The notes under the pieces: model-generated
The model's database searches: none
What the model saw: only the letters and a program-made list of their open reading frames with translations
Told to the model about the DNA's origin: nothing
Program-made: the position numbers and the translations under genes
Assembly (NCBI GenBank): GCA_027339965.1
Contig: DAHWNL010000015.1
Span: 32,001 to 96,000, forward strand
Origin: Granulicella sp.
GTDB lineage: Bacteria > Acidobacteriota > Terriglobia > Terriglobales > Acidobacteriaceae
Direction of reading: 5' to 3'
Length of the DNA: 64,000 nt
Shown here: one piece after another, positions 30,201 through 40,480 of the stretch
Layout: the number at the start of each line of letters is the position of its first letter
Numbering within the stretch: the stretch's first letter is position 1

Positions 30201-31226
30201 GTGAAATGGTTCCGTCTGGGCACTGCTGGGCTTTCGGGCCTGTCTCTGGGGTTGCTACTGGCTTCTGCCGGAGCTGGGGCGCAGACCCGCCCCTCATCCC
30301 GTGCGGCGGCAGCAAAGTACCGCACCAACTTCATGGTCTATGACGTGCGGACAAAAGCGACGCAGAAGCTCTTCTCGCTGGAGGGAGAGTGGCATGCTCC
30401 CAACTGGAGCGCCGATGGGCTGTTCTTTATCTCTGACATGGGCGGATCCCTCTATCGCATTCCATTGCAAGGCGCCAACCGAGCAAAGCCGGAGAAGATC
30501 GATGCGAACTCCAAGCTGACCTTCACCAACGACCATGCTCTTTCCTGGGATGGAAGGCGTATCGGCGCTACCGCGATCAGGCTTCCCATGCCGGCGCATG
30601 CTCGCGGCGCGGCGGGCCTCGCCAATCCAATTCTGCTGATGGACAGTGATGGGAGCTCCGTACGAGAGATTCGTCCGGGCTGGATGCATGGCTGGTCACC
30701 CGACAGCAAGTACCTGGCCTGCACCGAGACCCTGGGGCGTGGCTCCCATATCTATCGCATCCAAGCGGATGGAAGCGACGCATTGCAGATGACCTCAGGC
30801 AACACCAGGGACGACGGACCGGAGTACTCCGCAGACGGCAAGTGGATTTATTTCTGTTCCAACCGCTCCGGCAAGTGGGATGTATGGCGCATGCCCGCCA
30901 GCGGCGCGGGGCCAGGAGACAAACGGGCACAGCAGATCACGCGCGGCTCCGACACGCAGGACTGGTTTCCACACCTCTCCCGGGATGGCGAGTGGCTGTA
31001 TACCGTCTCCTACCCGCCGGATCAGCCGGACCATGGATACATTGGGGAAGGCATGAAGATCAAGCTGCTGCGGCTCAAAAACGGCCTACCTGCAAAAGGC
31101 TTCGAACTGACGACGGTGCGAAGTTTTTTTGGTGGCCAGGGATCAGGCAATACCAGTGGCTGGTCTCCAGATTCGAAGAAGTTCGCCTGGACGGAGTACG
31201 TGAAGGTGTCAGCGTCGACAAGATAA
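30201..31226 (+). CDS. TolB-like beta-propeller (PD40 repeats) exported protein
   Basis: APNWS, NDHALSWDG, HGWSPD, DDGPEYS and WFPHLS repeats. Confidence 0.85.
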   Translation: MKWFRLGTAGLSGLSLGLLLASAGAGAQTRPSSRAAAAKYRTNFMVYDVRTKATQKLFSLEGEWHAPNWSADGLFFISDMGGSLYRIPLQGANRAKPEKIDANSKLTFTNDHALSWDGRRIGATAIRLPMPAHARGAAGLANPILLMDSDGSSVREIRPGWMHGWSPDSKYLACTETLGRGSHIYRIQADGSDALQMTSGNTRDDGPEYSADGKWIYFCSNRSGKWDVWRMPASGAGPGDKRAQQITRGSDTQDWFPHLSRDGEWLYTVSYPPDQPDHGYIGEGMKIKLLRLKNGLPAKGFELTTVRSFFGGQGSGNTSGWSPDSKKFAWTEYVKVSASTR

Positions 31227-31286
31227 TCGCATTTCCAGACGCGCCTGAACCACAGGCCCACGTGAGCTAAGCTCCAAGGAGAGATT

Positions 31287-32246
31287 GTGAAGATTGGCGT
31301 CTTTACCCCACTGCTTTCCGAGCTTCCGTTATCCGGCGTTTTGCGCAAGCTGAAGACGCTGCAGATCGAGACGGTGGAACTTGGTACAGGCAATTATCCC
31401 GGGGATGCTCATTGCAAGCTCTCCATGCTGGAGAGTCCATCCGAGTTGCGGAAGTTCCAGAGCGTTCTCGCCGACCATGGTGCGACCATCAGCGCGCTCA
31501 GTTGCCACGGCAATCCGTTGCACCCCGTCCGCGAGCGCGCCACGCATGACCGGGAGATCAGCCGGAGAACGATTCTTCTTGCCGAACGGCTTGGGATTCC
31601 GGTGGTCGTCGAGTTTTCAGGATGTCCGGGAGATTCGCCGCAGGCGACGGCCCCGAACTGGGTGACGTGCGCCTGGCCTCCGGATTATCCCAAGGTTCTG
31701 GAGTGGCAATGGAGCGAGGTAGTCGCTCCCTACTGGAGCAACCATGCAAAGTTTGCCGCGGAGCATGGGGTCAGGATCGCCATCGAGATGCACCCGGGAT
31801 TTGTGGTCTACAGTCCAGAGACGCTTTTGAAGCTGCGCGCCCTGGCCGGGACCGAAGTTGGCTGCAACCTTGATCCCAGTCATCTTTTCTGGCAGGGAAT
31901 TGATCCGATCGCCGCCATCGGCGCTCTGCGCGGCGCGATCTATCACGTCCATGCCAAAGACACGCAGATGTATCGTGGCAATTTGGCTGTAACCGGCGTG
32001 CTGGACACCAAAGCCTATACCGATGAGCAACGCCGCGCCTGGATCTTCCGCACCTGCGGTTATGGCCATGGGGCGGAGTGGTGGAAGGAGTTCGTCTCCA
32101 CGCTGCGTCTCTACGGCTATGACGGCACGCTCTCCATCGAACATGAAGACAGCCTGCTCTCGCCCGAGGAAGGGCTGACCAAGGCGGCGCGGTTCCTGAA
32201 CGAGATTGTGATCTCCCAACCGGCGGCAACGGCGTGGTGGGCATAG
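31287..32246 (+). CDS. Sugar phosphate isomerase/epimerase (TIM barrel)
   Basis: IEMHPG, DPSHLFWQG, HVHAKD and SIEHED motifs. Confidence 0.9.
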   Translation: MKIGVFTPLLSELPLSGVLRKLKTLQIETVELGTGNYPGDAHCKLSMLESPSELRKFQSVLADHGATISALSCHGNPLHPVRERATHDREISRRTILLAERLGIPVVVEFSGCPGDSPQATAPNWVTCAWPPDYPKVLEWQWSEVVAPYWSNHAKFAAEHGVRIAIEMHPGFVVYSPETLLKLRALAGTEVGCNLDPSHLFWQGIDPIAAIGALRGAIYHVHAKDTQMYRGNLAVTGVLDTKAYTDEQRRAWIFRTCGYGHGAEWWKEFVSTLRLYGYDGTLSIEHEDSLLSPEEGLTKAARFLNEIVISQPAATAWWA

Positions 32247-32400
32247 GCACCGCGCTGCAAAAGAGAAGAAGAATGGATGGGGACAGTGGCCGCCCGGCGG
32301 GCTCGATTCGATAGGTCTCCCGAGAGGTTCTCAGACCCGCCGGGCTGATCGAGATCACGGCCGGAGTCTGGAGTCTGCCTGTTGGCCGGCCCACTTTCGC

Positions 32401-32619
32401 TTACTTGTAAGGACAATGCCGGCAGCCGGTGTTGCAGCAGAAGCCTCTGCGCAGGTGGTAAGCGGCGGTGAAGACCAGATAGGGACCCTCCATGTAAAAG
32501 TCTTCCGGCAGAAGAGAGGGACCTGGCGCGCGAACACCCAAATCCCCGGGCACTGCCGATGGCCGCGCGGCGGAGATCGCGGATTCTGCCTGCTTGATAT
32601 CCTCACCGCAATCGCTCAT
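32401..32619 (-). CDS. Small Cys-rich protein (DUF5522-like)
   Basis: DFYMEG-LVFTAAYHLRRGFCCNTGCRHCPY. Confidence 0.75.
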   Translation of the reverse strand: MSDCGEDIKQAESAISAARPSAVPGDLGVRAPGPSLLPEDFYMEGPYLVFTAAYHLRRGFCCNTGCRHCPYK

Positions 32620-32695
32620 CGCTCGTCTCGGAAAGCTCGGCACATGGCTGGGGGAAGCCTGACGGCTCACCAGAGTCTTTATTGTATCCGCGCGA

Positions 32696-34006
32696 TCACA
32701 GCCGGGGATCGAGTGTTGAAGGGCCTCGGCGGAGCGGCGGCACAGTTCGCTGCGCGCATCCGACCAGGCCGAGGAAGCGGTTGGGAGCGAGTCCCGCGCC
32801 GGGAAATATCAGGTCGAGATTCCTGGCTCCCATCGTCTGCGTGACCAACTCGGCCAGCACTTGGCGATAGTCGGTGGTCAGCGCCAGATCGCGCCCCTGA
32901 TTGAGCTGCTCGTTGCTTAGGCCCGGCCAGCGGCCGTAGACCTTACCGCCTTTTACCTGCCCGCCGAGCACGAAGATGGCGTTGGCGTGTCCGTGGTCGG
33001 TGCCGCCGGTACCGTTTTCTCGAGCGGTGCGGCCGAATTCAGACAACGTGACAAGGGTGACGTTCTCGGAGCTGTCGCCCAGGTCGCGCCAGAAGGCCGC
33101 GATACCGTCAGAGAAGTCGCGCAGCCGGTTGGCAAGCTGACCCTGGACGCCCCCCTGCGCCTGATGCGTGTCCCAGCCCAGAATATCCGTAAAAGCGGCC
33201 TCCACGCCGAGATTGGCCTTGAGCAATTGCGCAATCTGCCGCATGGAGCTTCCAAACTCGCTGTTGGGATAGTTGGCTCCGTTGGCGGGTTGGTAGCGCA
33301 CAGGGTCCGCGGCGCGTAGCATCTTTACCGCGTCGAAGGTCTCATCGCCGGCGGCGCGCAGAAGTTGATCGCCGGTTTCGGCATACATGGCCTCAAAGGC
33401 CTGGGCAGCCGGCGAGAGTGTGGGTCCACGGCCAGCCACGGCGAAGCTGCTCAGGTTGGCGATGGCGATGGCTGGTACGCGTCCCATGAGCGTCAGCGGA
33501 ACTTCCGATCCGAGAGCTAGCGCGCGAAAGGCGGTGTGGGGTTCGCCGCAGCAGGCATCCTGCGCCTGAAGCGCGCGGTTCAGCCAGCCGTCGCGGGTGC
33601 TTTTTACATCCGGGGTGCCCGCCTCCATATAATCCTGGGCGTCGAAGTGCGAGCGGTTCATGCTGGGAGATCCTGCGGCGTGCACAATGGCCAGGTGTCC
33701 CTGCTGATAGAGCGGCTGGAAGGACGCCAGCGCCGGATGCAGGCCGAAGAAGCCGTCCAGGTCGAGCACCTGGTTCTCCGCAATGGCGATGGTTGGGCGC
33801 ATCGCATAGTAGTTCTTCTCGCGAAAGGGAACCACGACGTTCAAGCCGTCGGCCGCGCCTCGCTGGAAGACGACGACCAGACGCCGGCCAGGAATGGCCG
33901 CGGCAGCCTGGGCGAGCACACTGCGCACCAGGAAGCTGGGAATCGTCGCTGTGCCAGCCACGGCGAGAGCGCCGTGGTGCAGGAAGAAGCGGCGGGTGAT
34001 CGGCAT
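32696..34006 (-). CDS. DUF1501 family protein (Tat signal)
   Basis: TRRFFL, RGAADGLN, RSHFDAQ, GWDTH, SEFGRT and GTDHG motifs. Confidence 0.9.
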   Translation of the reverse strand: MPITRRFFLHHGALAVAGTATIPSFLVRSVLAQAAAAIPGRRLVVVFQRGAADGLNVVVPFREKNYYAMRPTIAIAENQVLDLDGFFGLHPALASFQPLYQQGHLAIVHAAGSPSMNRSHFDAQDYMEAGTPDVKSTRDGWLNRALQAQDACCGEPHTAFRALALGSEVPLTLMGRVPAIAIANLSSFAVAGRGPTLSPAAQAFEAMYAETGDQLLRAAGDETFDAVKMLRAADPVRYQPANGANYPNSEFGSSMRQIAQLLKANLGVEAAFTDILGWDTHQAQGGVQGQLANRLRDFSDGIAAFWRDLGDSSENVTLVTLSEFGRTARENGTGGTDHGHANAIFVLGGQVKGGKVYGRWPGLSNEQLNQGRDLALTTDYRQVLAELVTQTMGARNLDLIFPGAGLAPNRFLGLVGCAQRTVPPLRRGPSTLDPRL

Positions 34007-34036
34007 GTCTTGATCTCCTTTTTTATCCCTATCTGG

Positions 34037-36061
34037 CTAACGGCGCTGGAAGTCGGGCGATCCGATCAAGAGCCCGGCCAGCAGCGCATCTTCTCTCGTG
34101 CTCGCGATCGGCGGCGCAGCTCGACCGAAGCGCGGCCAATCGGAGACCGGCCGCATCTGCGTACCGTTCCACAGAGTTCCGGTCCGGAACTGCCGGAGCA
34201 CCGCGGCGCGTGTGGTCGCGCTGGCGCCTTGCGGCAACAGCATCGATTCGAGCCAGGCTTCTTCCTGCGCGGGGCTGGGATCGTCCGTCGCGGCGGCCCC
34301 TGCCGTGGTTGACGCCGGTCTCGACCAATCTACTTTGATCCCTGGGAGCCGATTCGACGCTAGCAACAGCGCAAAGTTCATGCGATCCGTCAGGTCACCC
34401 GTGTTCACCCAGGCCGCCGACGTCCAGTCATAGCCGTTCGGCTGGACGCATCCGTAGACGGGCATTCCCATTAAGCGCAGCTCATTGATCAGCGGCGCGT
34501 AATTCGTGATGTCGGCGCCGCTGGCTCGCACCGCCGAGACGATGTACTCGAGCGGGGTCTTCACCTTGGCGAGTTCATCGGATTCGGCCCAGAACTCCGG
34601 CGAATGGAAGAGCGTTTTCAGGACCGCGGAGATGTCTCCGTTGCTGGAAAGATAGGTCTTCGCCATGCGCTCCACCAGGCTTTGGGGCGGGTTATCGCTC
34701 ACGAAACGCACGGCCAGCTCGCGGCAGAGCATGTGTGCAGTTGCGGGGCGGGTGGCAAGCATGTGCAGCAGCTCTTCGCCCTCCCTCTCGCCGTTCTGCT
34801 TGATCTTGAATCCCATCACCTTTTTCGTACCCGGCTCATGGCGGTTGGAAGTAAAGAGGAAGCCGCCGCCGAACTGCGGATGGTCCACGGTCCAGCCGGT
34901 GAGCACCTTGGAGGCCGCGATGACGTCAGCCTGCGTGTAGCCGCCGTTAACGCCCACCGTGTGCAGCTCCATCAGCTCGCGGCCGTAGTTCTCATTGATG
35001 CCTGGGGGATCTTGATGTTTGCCGTTCGGCCTGCGCCATGCGCTCTCCCTGAAGCGCTCAGCGGCCAGCGAGTGCGGGCCTACACTCTCCGCGTTGTCAA
35101 GGTAGATCAACATGGCCGGGGTATGGGCCACGGCTTCCAGCAGGTCTTCAAAGTGACCCAGAGCGTAGGGTCGGATGGCGTCGCGCTCGTAGCCGACAAG
35201 GTAGTAGGGCATCTGCTCGGTCTTGTGCAAGTAGATGTTGAAATGATTCAGCCAGAAGTCCGTCATCACTTCGAGCAACTGTGCGTTGGAGTAGATGTCA
35301 CACAGCAGCCGGCCGGCGAGAAGCTCCTGGACGACAAGTGACTCGGGTCCGGCCAGCGCTTCCGTCATCTCCCGTTGTTGCGGGCTCATACCCGCAACCA
35401 ACTCCGCCCGCTGAGGCGGTCTCAGCGCTCTCATGAAGGCGTCAAACGATGGCTCACGAATCGACGCCAACTGCAAGAGACGTTGGCCGGGAGGCAACGA
35501 AAGGGTCTGGCGGATGCTCTCCGGACTGACGAGGAGCAAGGCCTGATCAGCGGCGGCCGGCGCAGACGGCGCGCGATAAGGAGCCTGAACGGCAAGCCCC
35601 TGCTGCCTCCTGCGGATGCGATAGATCTGATTCGCATAGATCGCACGCTCGATGGGGTCCGCGGGGATCTCCACTTTGCCATTCATCGCCAGGCGCAACA
35701 CCGCGTCGCTGGGGTAGCGAGCGATCAGCGTCTGGACGCCTGATTGCAAGCCGGGGTACTGCGCCAGGCGTAGATCCAATGCGGACTCATCGAGCATCCG
35801 GGGATGCAACTGCTCTGTGAACCAATTTTCCAGCCCTTGGGCGCGCACCGCCTCCAGGTCGCCAGGGCGCGGGCCGAAGGTGAAGCGGTTCAATGCTTGC
35901 AGTATCCGCGCCTCGCTTTGCGGCTGGGCCGGACCAGGCACGGGCCGCGCGAACTTCTGGTTCAAGGACGCCTCCGCCGGCGTCTGTGCCTTCGACGGAG
36001 ATGCTGGAAGAGACAGAAGAATTGCGAGAAGGAGGGCGAGCGGAGGCCTCACAAGATTCAT
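34037..36061 (-). CDS. DUF1800 family protein
   Basis: LNRFTFGP, FWLNHFN, YLDN, NENYGRELMELHTVG and SPDFQRR motifs. Confidence 0.9.
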   Translation of the reverse strand: MNLVRPPLALLLAILLSLPASPSKAQTPAEASLNQKFARPVPGPAQPQSEARILQALNRFTFGPRPGDLEAVRAQGLENWFTEQLHPRMLDESALDLRLAQYPGLQSGVQTLIARYPSDAVLRLAMNGKVEIPADPIERAIYANQIYRIRRRQQGLAVQAPYRAPSAPAAADQALLLVSPESIRQTLSLPPGQRLLQLASIREPSFDAFMRALRPPQRAELVAGMSPQQREMTEALAGPESLVVQELLAGRLLCDIYSNAQLLEVMTDFWLNHFNIYLHKTEQMPYYLVGYERDAIRPYALGHFEDLLEAVAHTPAMLIYLDNAESVGPHSLAAERFRESAWRRPNGKHQDPPGINENYGRELMELHTVGVNGGYTQADVIAASKVLTGWTVDHPQFGGGFLFTSNRHEPGTKKVMGFKIKQNGEREGEELLHMLATRPATAHMLCRELAVRFVSDNPPQSLVERMAKTYLSSNGDISAVLKTLFHSPEFWAESDELAKVKTPLEYIVSAVRASGADITNYAPLINELRLMGMPVYGCVQPNGYDWTSAAWVNTGDLTDRMNFALLLASNRLPGIKVDWSRPASTTAGAAATDDPSPAQEEAWLESMLLPQGASATTRAAVLRQFRTGTLWNGTQMRPVSDWPRFGRAAPPIASTREDALLAGLLIGSPDFQRR

Positions 36062-36254
36062 GGTTGCTCTCCTGGCGGGGAGGTCCGCGAGATCGCACAG
36101 CGGAAGAAGCCTCTCTGAGGGTACAAACGGCATTTCAGGGGGAAAGTTGCGGAGCGAACGGCTCAAATGCCGGCCCTCGGGGTCTTGGCTCAGCCGATCC
36201 GAGTCTTCAGGGAGTGTCCCAAGAGCCCGAGAGTCCCCATCCGATTCCACTCTT

Positions 36255-36333
36255 CATTCCCATAGGCGCCCGGCATTCCCAGAGGCGCCCGGCATTCCCA
36301 GAGGTGCCCGGCATTCCCAGAGGGGTCCGGCAT
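36255..36333. repeat. 19-bp tandem repeat, ~4 copies
   Basis: cattcccataggcgcccgg / cattcccagaggcgcccgg / cattcccagaggtgcccgg / cattcccagaggggtccgg. Confidence 0.9.
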
Positions 36334-36445
36334 CTTGCTTTTGCGAGGTGGGAGCGAGACAATCCCCTGAGTCCCTGTATCGCAATGCGGGCCTGCTGCG
36401 CTATACTTCGGGTGCAGTAAAAAGGCATACGTCCGAGGTCTCCCA

Positions 36446-36757
36446 ATGAAGAAGCTAGTCACTGTTCCTGTCCTTGCCCTCTCCTTTCTCTCCACCAGCG
36501 CGATGGCCCAGACCTTCAAAGGCGTCGTATCGGACTCCATGTGCGCCCACAACAATCTGGCCAAAGCTTCCACCGCCGCCCATGCCGCCTGCGCCAAGAA
36601 GTGCATCGGGATGGGATCTCCTGCGGTTCTGATCGTGGGAACCAAGGTCTACAAAGTCTCGAATGCGAGCAAGTTGAATGCCTATGCGGGCAAGACGGTC
36701 ACCGTCAACGGCTCGCTCTCGGGCAACACCATCACGGTGAAGTCGGTTAAGGACTAG
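36446..36757 (+). CDS. Small exported Cys/His-motif protein
   Basis: Signal peptide; SDSMCAH...HAACAKKC. Confidence 0.8.
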   Translation: MKKLVTVPVLALSFLSTSAMAQTFKGVVSDSMCAHNNLAKASTAAHAACAKKCIGMGSPAVLIVGTKVYKVSNASKLNAYAGKTVTVNGSLSGNTITVKSVKD

Positions 36758-37196
36758 TCTTCCTCTGGTCTGCGGTGGGGCTGCCGTACGCAGCCGCGCC
36801 GGCCTGCTGCTCAAGCCATGTGCCGCAAGCCCCGCTGCATCACTCGGCAGCGTGCCGGTGTAGTGTGTACACCCGACGGCAGGTTACCCACGATCTGTGC
36901 CAGGCGAATCGGGCGCGGCTCTACCATCCCTTGGGTCTCCCAACCTGAAATCTGGGTTTGGGCGGAGTAAGTGTGATTGCCGGGGGACACAGCCCTTCCA
37001 AATCTCTCTTTTCAGACGCTTGTGTTCAACTAAGATGATCTCCAAGAGTAGACTCACGAGCAGGTTCTCGGGAGGAAGCGCCTGAAGAGAGCGAAGAACG
37101 TCTCTTGCCGGGAAGCAACACTCTCCCCCGAGCCCGTGGGTTGCAGCCCAACGGTCGCCCCCGTCCGGAAGGCTGTTTCTTCGCCAAGGAGTCCGA

Positions 37197-37790
37197 TTGA
37201 AGAACGGTTACCGCATCCTGACAATGCTTTGCTTCGCTTTGATGGGCAGCTCGCTCGTGTATGCTCAGGCGATTCCCGCTGCGGTTCGGCCGCTGAACTT
37301 CTCAGTCTTCGGAGGCGCCACCGGAGATTACACCGGTCTGGCCGGCGGCAGAAACCTTGGCATCACCGCGGGAGCCGACATGGGCTTCCGCCCTTATCAT
37401 CTGTTCTACTTCTCCGTCGAGGCTCGTGGAACCTATCCCGTGGATCAAGGCAGCATCGATGGCCAGGAGAACTTCCTCTTCGGGGGCCGGGTGCAGCGCT
37501 ATTACAACCGCTTCCGACCCTATGCGGACTTCCTTTATGGCCGCGCCAAGATCAATTATGTGAATGGCGGTTATCCCAATCCCGGGGGAACGCTCCTCTT
37601 CATCAGCTCCATCTCAAACGTATTCGCCTTTGGTGGCGGACTGGACTACGTCCTGACCCCCCACTTTGATCTCAAGGTCGACGCCCAGTTTGAGCACCTC
37701 AGTACGCCGGTCACCACCAGCGGTGCCATCTACTCCAAACCCATCACGGTGGGTGTCGTCTACCACTTCGGAGATCCCGCGCTGCCCTGA
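37197..37790 (+). CDS. Small outer-membrane beta-barrel protein
   Basis: TTG start after AAGGAG; signal peptide; RPYADFLYG, FGGGLDY and VGVVYHF strands. Confidence 0.8.
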   Translation: MKNGYRILTMLCFALMGSSLVYAQAIPAAVRPLNFSVFGGATGDYTGLAGGRNLGITAGADMGFRPYHLFYFSVEARGTYPVDQGSIDGQENFLFGGRVQRYYNRFRPYADFLYGRAKINYVNGGYPNPGGTLLFISSISNVFAFGGGLDYVLTPHFDLKVDAQFEHLSTPVTTSGAIYSKPITVGVVYHFGDPALP

Positions 37791-37916
37791 CGCGCCCCTG
37801 CGGCGGAAGGTTCACCCGGAGACGCGCCCGCCACCTCCGCCAGGCTCTGCAAGTGTTTTAGCCGCAAGCCCTCTGCGCCAGGGATGAGAGGGCCGTTTGC
37901 CGCCGGGACTGCGACT

Positions 37917-38228
37917 CTAATAGCGCGTCACCACCTCACGATGCCGCTCCACCCACCAGCAGGGGTTATACCCCTCCTGAGGGTAAAGAGAGCGGCTGCA
38001 CGGCTGCGCAAACGTTCCGGTTGGGAAGTAATCCAGCTTTCCGCCCTTGAGGCCGGCAGCGGTGTACGTCTTCACGATCACGGATCCCATCCCTCCGCCG
38101 CGCGCGACTCTTCCTCTCCAGATGGCCCAGTCCAGCGGGTACAGCATGGCAGCCACCAGCAGCACAATTCCTATCCCGCGCAAAACCACCAGGAAGACAA
38201 ACTTTTCGATTACCAGCTCTTGCTCCAT
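37917..38228 (-). CDS. Hypothetical membrane-anchored protein
   Basis: N-terminal TM; C-terminal PC...PCWW. Confidence 0.6.
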   Translation of the reverse strand: MEQELVIEKFVFLVVLRGIGIVLLVAAMLYPLDWAIWRGRVARGGGMGSVIVKTYTAAGLKGGKLDYFPTGTFAQPCSRSLYPQEGYNPCWWVERHREVVTRY

Positions 38229-38321
38229 CCTCGCTCCGCTTTCTCATGGCGCCGACGCCCGTCCGCGTCGCTGGAGCCTTTCTCTCCCGCAGCCATCGAG
38301 CCAAGGAAGAAGCCTCTCGCC

Positions 38322-39230
38322 TCAAAGATTGAATAACTCGCGTAGCCGTTTGGTCTGCGACCGGCTCACCGGCACCTCAGTCTGCTTGCGATCGTCCATG
38401 CGCAACTGATAGCTGGACTTGAACCACGGCACCACTTCACGGATGTGCTGAATGTTCACCACATAGGACCGGTGCACCCTCCAGAACTGCTCCGGATCCA
38501 GTTGATCGGTCAACTCCTCCAGGGTTCTGCAGTTGGAGTCCCCCTCCAGCGTCTTGGTCACCACCGAGATTCTTCCTTCGCCGATCGTGGCAAAGCACAG
38601 ATCCTTCTGATCCACCAGCAGCAACCGGCTCTGGGCCCGTAACACCACCTTGCCGGACCGTCCCTGGCCATTGGGACCCGCTCCCGTCACACCGGAGGTG
38701 GCGATCGCCGCCTGCTCCTCCATCATCTTCAGCAGTGCATCCAGCTTGGCCTCCGCGCCCGCCATGCGGCTCTGGACCCGAAGCCCATCCGGAGGTTCTC
38801 CGCGGGCTTCTCTGCTGCCGGAGCCTGCGCCGCCAGATCCCTGACTCTCGGCGCAACGCTCCCGCACCTTCTCGATCGTTCGCTGCACTCTCTTGCTGTC
38901 AAACGGCTTCAGCAGATAATCCACGGCATTCACTTCGAAGGCCTTCACCGCATATTGGTCAAAGGCGGTAGCGAACACGACCTGTGGGAGTCGCATCTTG
39001 CGGTCCAGCGCCATCAACTTCTTCAACACCGCGAACCCATCCAGCCCGGGCATCCGCACATCCAGAAAGATCACATCCGGCTTGTGCATGCGAATCAGTT
39101 CCACCGCCTCGATGCCGTTACTTCCATGGGCCAGAACGGAGATCTCTCCCTCTCGATCCAGCAGATACTGCAGCTCTTGCCGGGCCAACGGTTCATCGTC
39201 GATAATCAGCGCGCTGAGCGGCATCGCCAT
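38322..39230 (-). CDS. LytTR-family response regulator
   Basis: IIDDEP, FLDVRMP, AVDYLLKP, FWRVHRSYVVN and VSRS motifs. Confidence 0.93.
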   Translation of the reverse strand: MAMPLSALIIDDEPLARQELQYLLDREGEISVLAHGSNGIEAVELIRMHKPDVIFLDVRMPGLDGFAVLKKLMALDRKMRLPQVVFATAFDQYAVKAFEVNAVDYLLKPFDSKRVQRTIEKVRERCAESQGSGGAGSGSREARGEPPDGLRVQSRMAGAEAKLDALLKMMEEQAAIATSGVTGAGPNGQGRSGKVVLRAQSRLLLVDQKDLCFATIGEGRISVVTKTLEGDSNCRTLEELTDQLDPEQFWRVHRSYVVNIQHIREVVPWFKSSYQLRMDDRKQTEVPVSRSQTKRLRELFNL

Positions 39231-39479
39231 AGACTCGATTAAAACAAAGGTTGCTCTGTGCCGAACAGAGCAACCATGCCAGAGGCGCCCTTCAGCCTGG
39301 GCCGCCCGGCGCCCCTCGACCTTGCACGCGACGCGCCGTGTCAGGGCCATGATGAGGCTCCAGAACTTCGGGTTCCCGCAGCCATTCGCCTCAGATCAAC
39401 TGGAGCCGTCAACCGGCGCCATCCAATAGCAGCGGCTCGGCTCACCCCTGAAACTTGGTCGGCCAATCCTATAACCGCT

Positions 39480-40052
39480 TTAGTCACTGTACGCGCGCAG
39501 CCGCATGGGGGCCCCATCTTCGGCCAGGTCATGCCCGCAACAGGTGCAGAAGGCATCGGTGATCTTCACGCCGCGGTGGCACCGCCCACACACCGGGGAC
39601 AACTGGAACTGGCACTGCGGGCAGAAGTGGTAGCTCGACGCAATCATGGTGGAGCAGTTGGGGCAGCGCGACAGCACCGATTGCCGCAGCAGAAAGTACA
39701 CCACCGCCCCAATCCCGCCAGGCAGCAGAACGCACACCAGCATCCACAGCCCAACCGACATCCCGCGCCGCCTGGCGTCACGGCTGACATAGCCCAGCAG
39801 CAGGGCGTAGCTGGCCGCCAGAGAGCCCCACGCGTAGCCCATCATCAGCCGCAGCGGCAACAACTCGTGTCTGTGGTGGGGCATCACCGCGTGGAAGATG
39901 TACTGCATGCCGGCGAAGAGCAACAATGCCAGAACCATGGACCAGCGCGGAATCATGCGCAGCTCTTCATCTCCCGCGGCTTCCGGATCCTTCTTGCTCG
40001 CAGCCAGGTCTTTCCTCCCGGACAGTCTGCCGGAGAACATCTCTGGTTTCAT
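39480..40052 (-). CDS. Membrane protein with a double zinc ribbon
   Basis: 3 TMs plus four CxxC (CPNC, CPQC, CGRC, CTCC). Confidence 0.8.
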   Translation of the reverse strand: MKPEMFSGRLSGRKDLAASKKDPEAAGDEELRMIPRWSMVLALLLFAGMQYIFHAVMPHHRHELLPLRLMMGYAWGSLAASYALLLGYVSRDARRRGMSVGLWMLVCVLLPGGIGAVVYFLLRQSVLSRCPNCSTMIASSYHFCPQCQFQLSPVCGRCHRGVKITDAFCTCCGHDLAEDGAPMRLRAYSD

Positions 40053-40480
40053 GGCTGCACCTCGTTATCATTGCCCGGGTTGTCACCCGGCGGATGATTG
40101 CGCCCTCGCCGGAACCATGCCAGCCCAAGGATTCCGGCCGTCACCGGCAACGACCAAAGCAGCAGGACCATCAACTGACCACTGGCCCCCGGACATCCGT
40201 TGGGGGTGGATTCATAGCCATCCAGCATGCGCCAGATCGCATAACAGCTTGTGATCATCAGCGGGGAGAAGATCGCCAAAGGCACCCACAGGCTGCGGAA
40301 CCTGCGCCGCTGCTCCCGCAGGTTCATGGCCTGTTCCCGCACCACCCGGTGCGTCCGGTTCACCATCGCGCCCCGCGCGGCCGTCGTCCTGAAGGCGTCA
40401 GGCAGCGCCTGGGATGCGCCGTATTCCTGTCTTGCCGGCGCCGCTGCGTGAGACCTGAACTGGGAGGGAGCGGAACTCAT
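40049..40480 (-). CDS. Two-TM protein, putative anti-sigma factor
   Basis: 4-nt overlaps with the sigma gene and the next gene; two TM segments. Confidence 0.55.
   Translation of the reverse strand: MSSAPSQFRSHAAAPARQEYGASQALPDAFRTTAARGAMVNRTHRVVREQAMNLREQRRRFRSLWVPLAIFSPLMITSCYAIWRMLDGYESTPNGCPGASGQLMVLLLWSLPVTAGILGLAWFRRGRNHPPGDNPGNDNEVQP

Noticed and set aside
36255..36333. CRISPR array
   Set aside because: Repeats are contiguous with no spacers, and no cas genes are present; the same applies to 59417-59505
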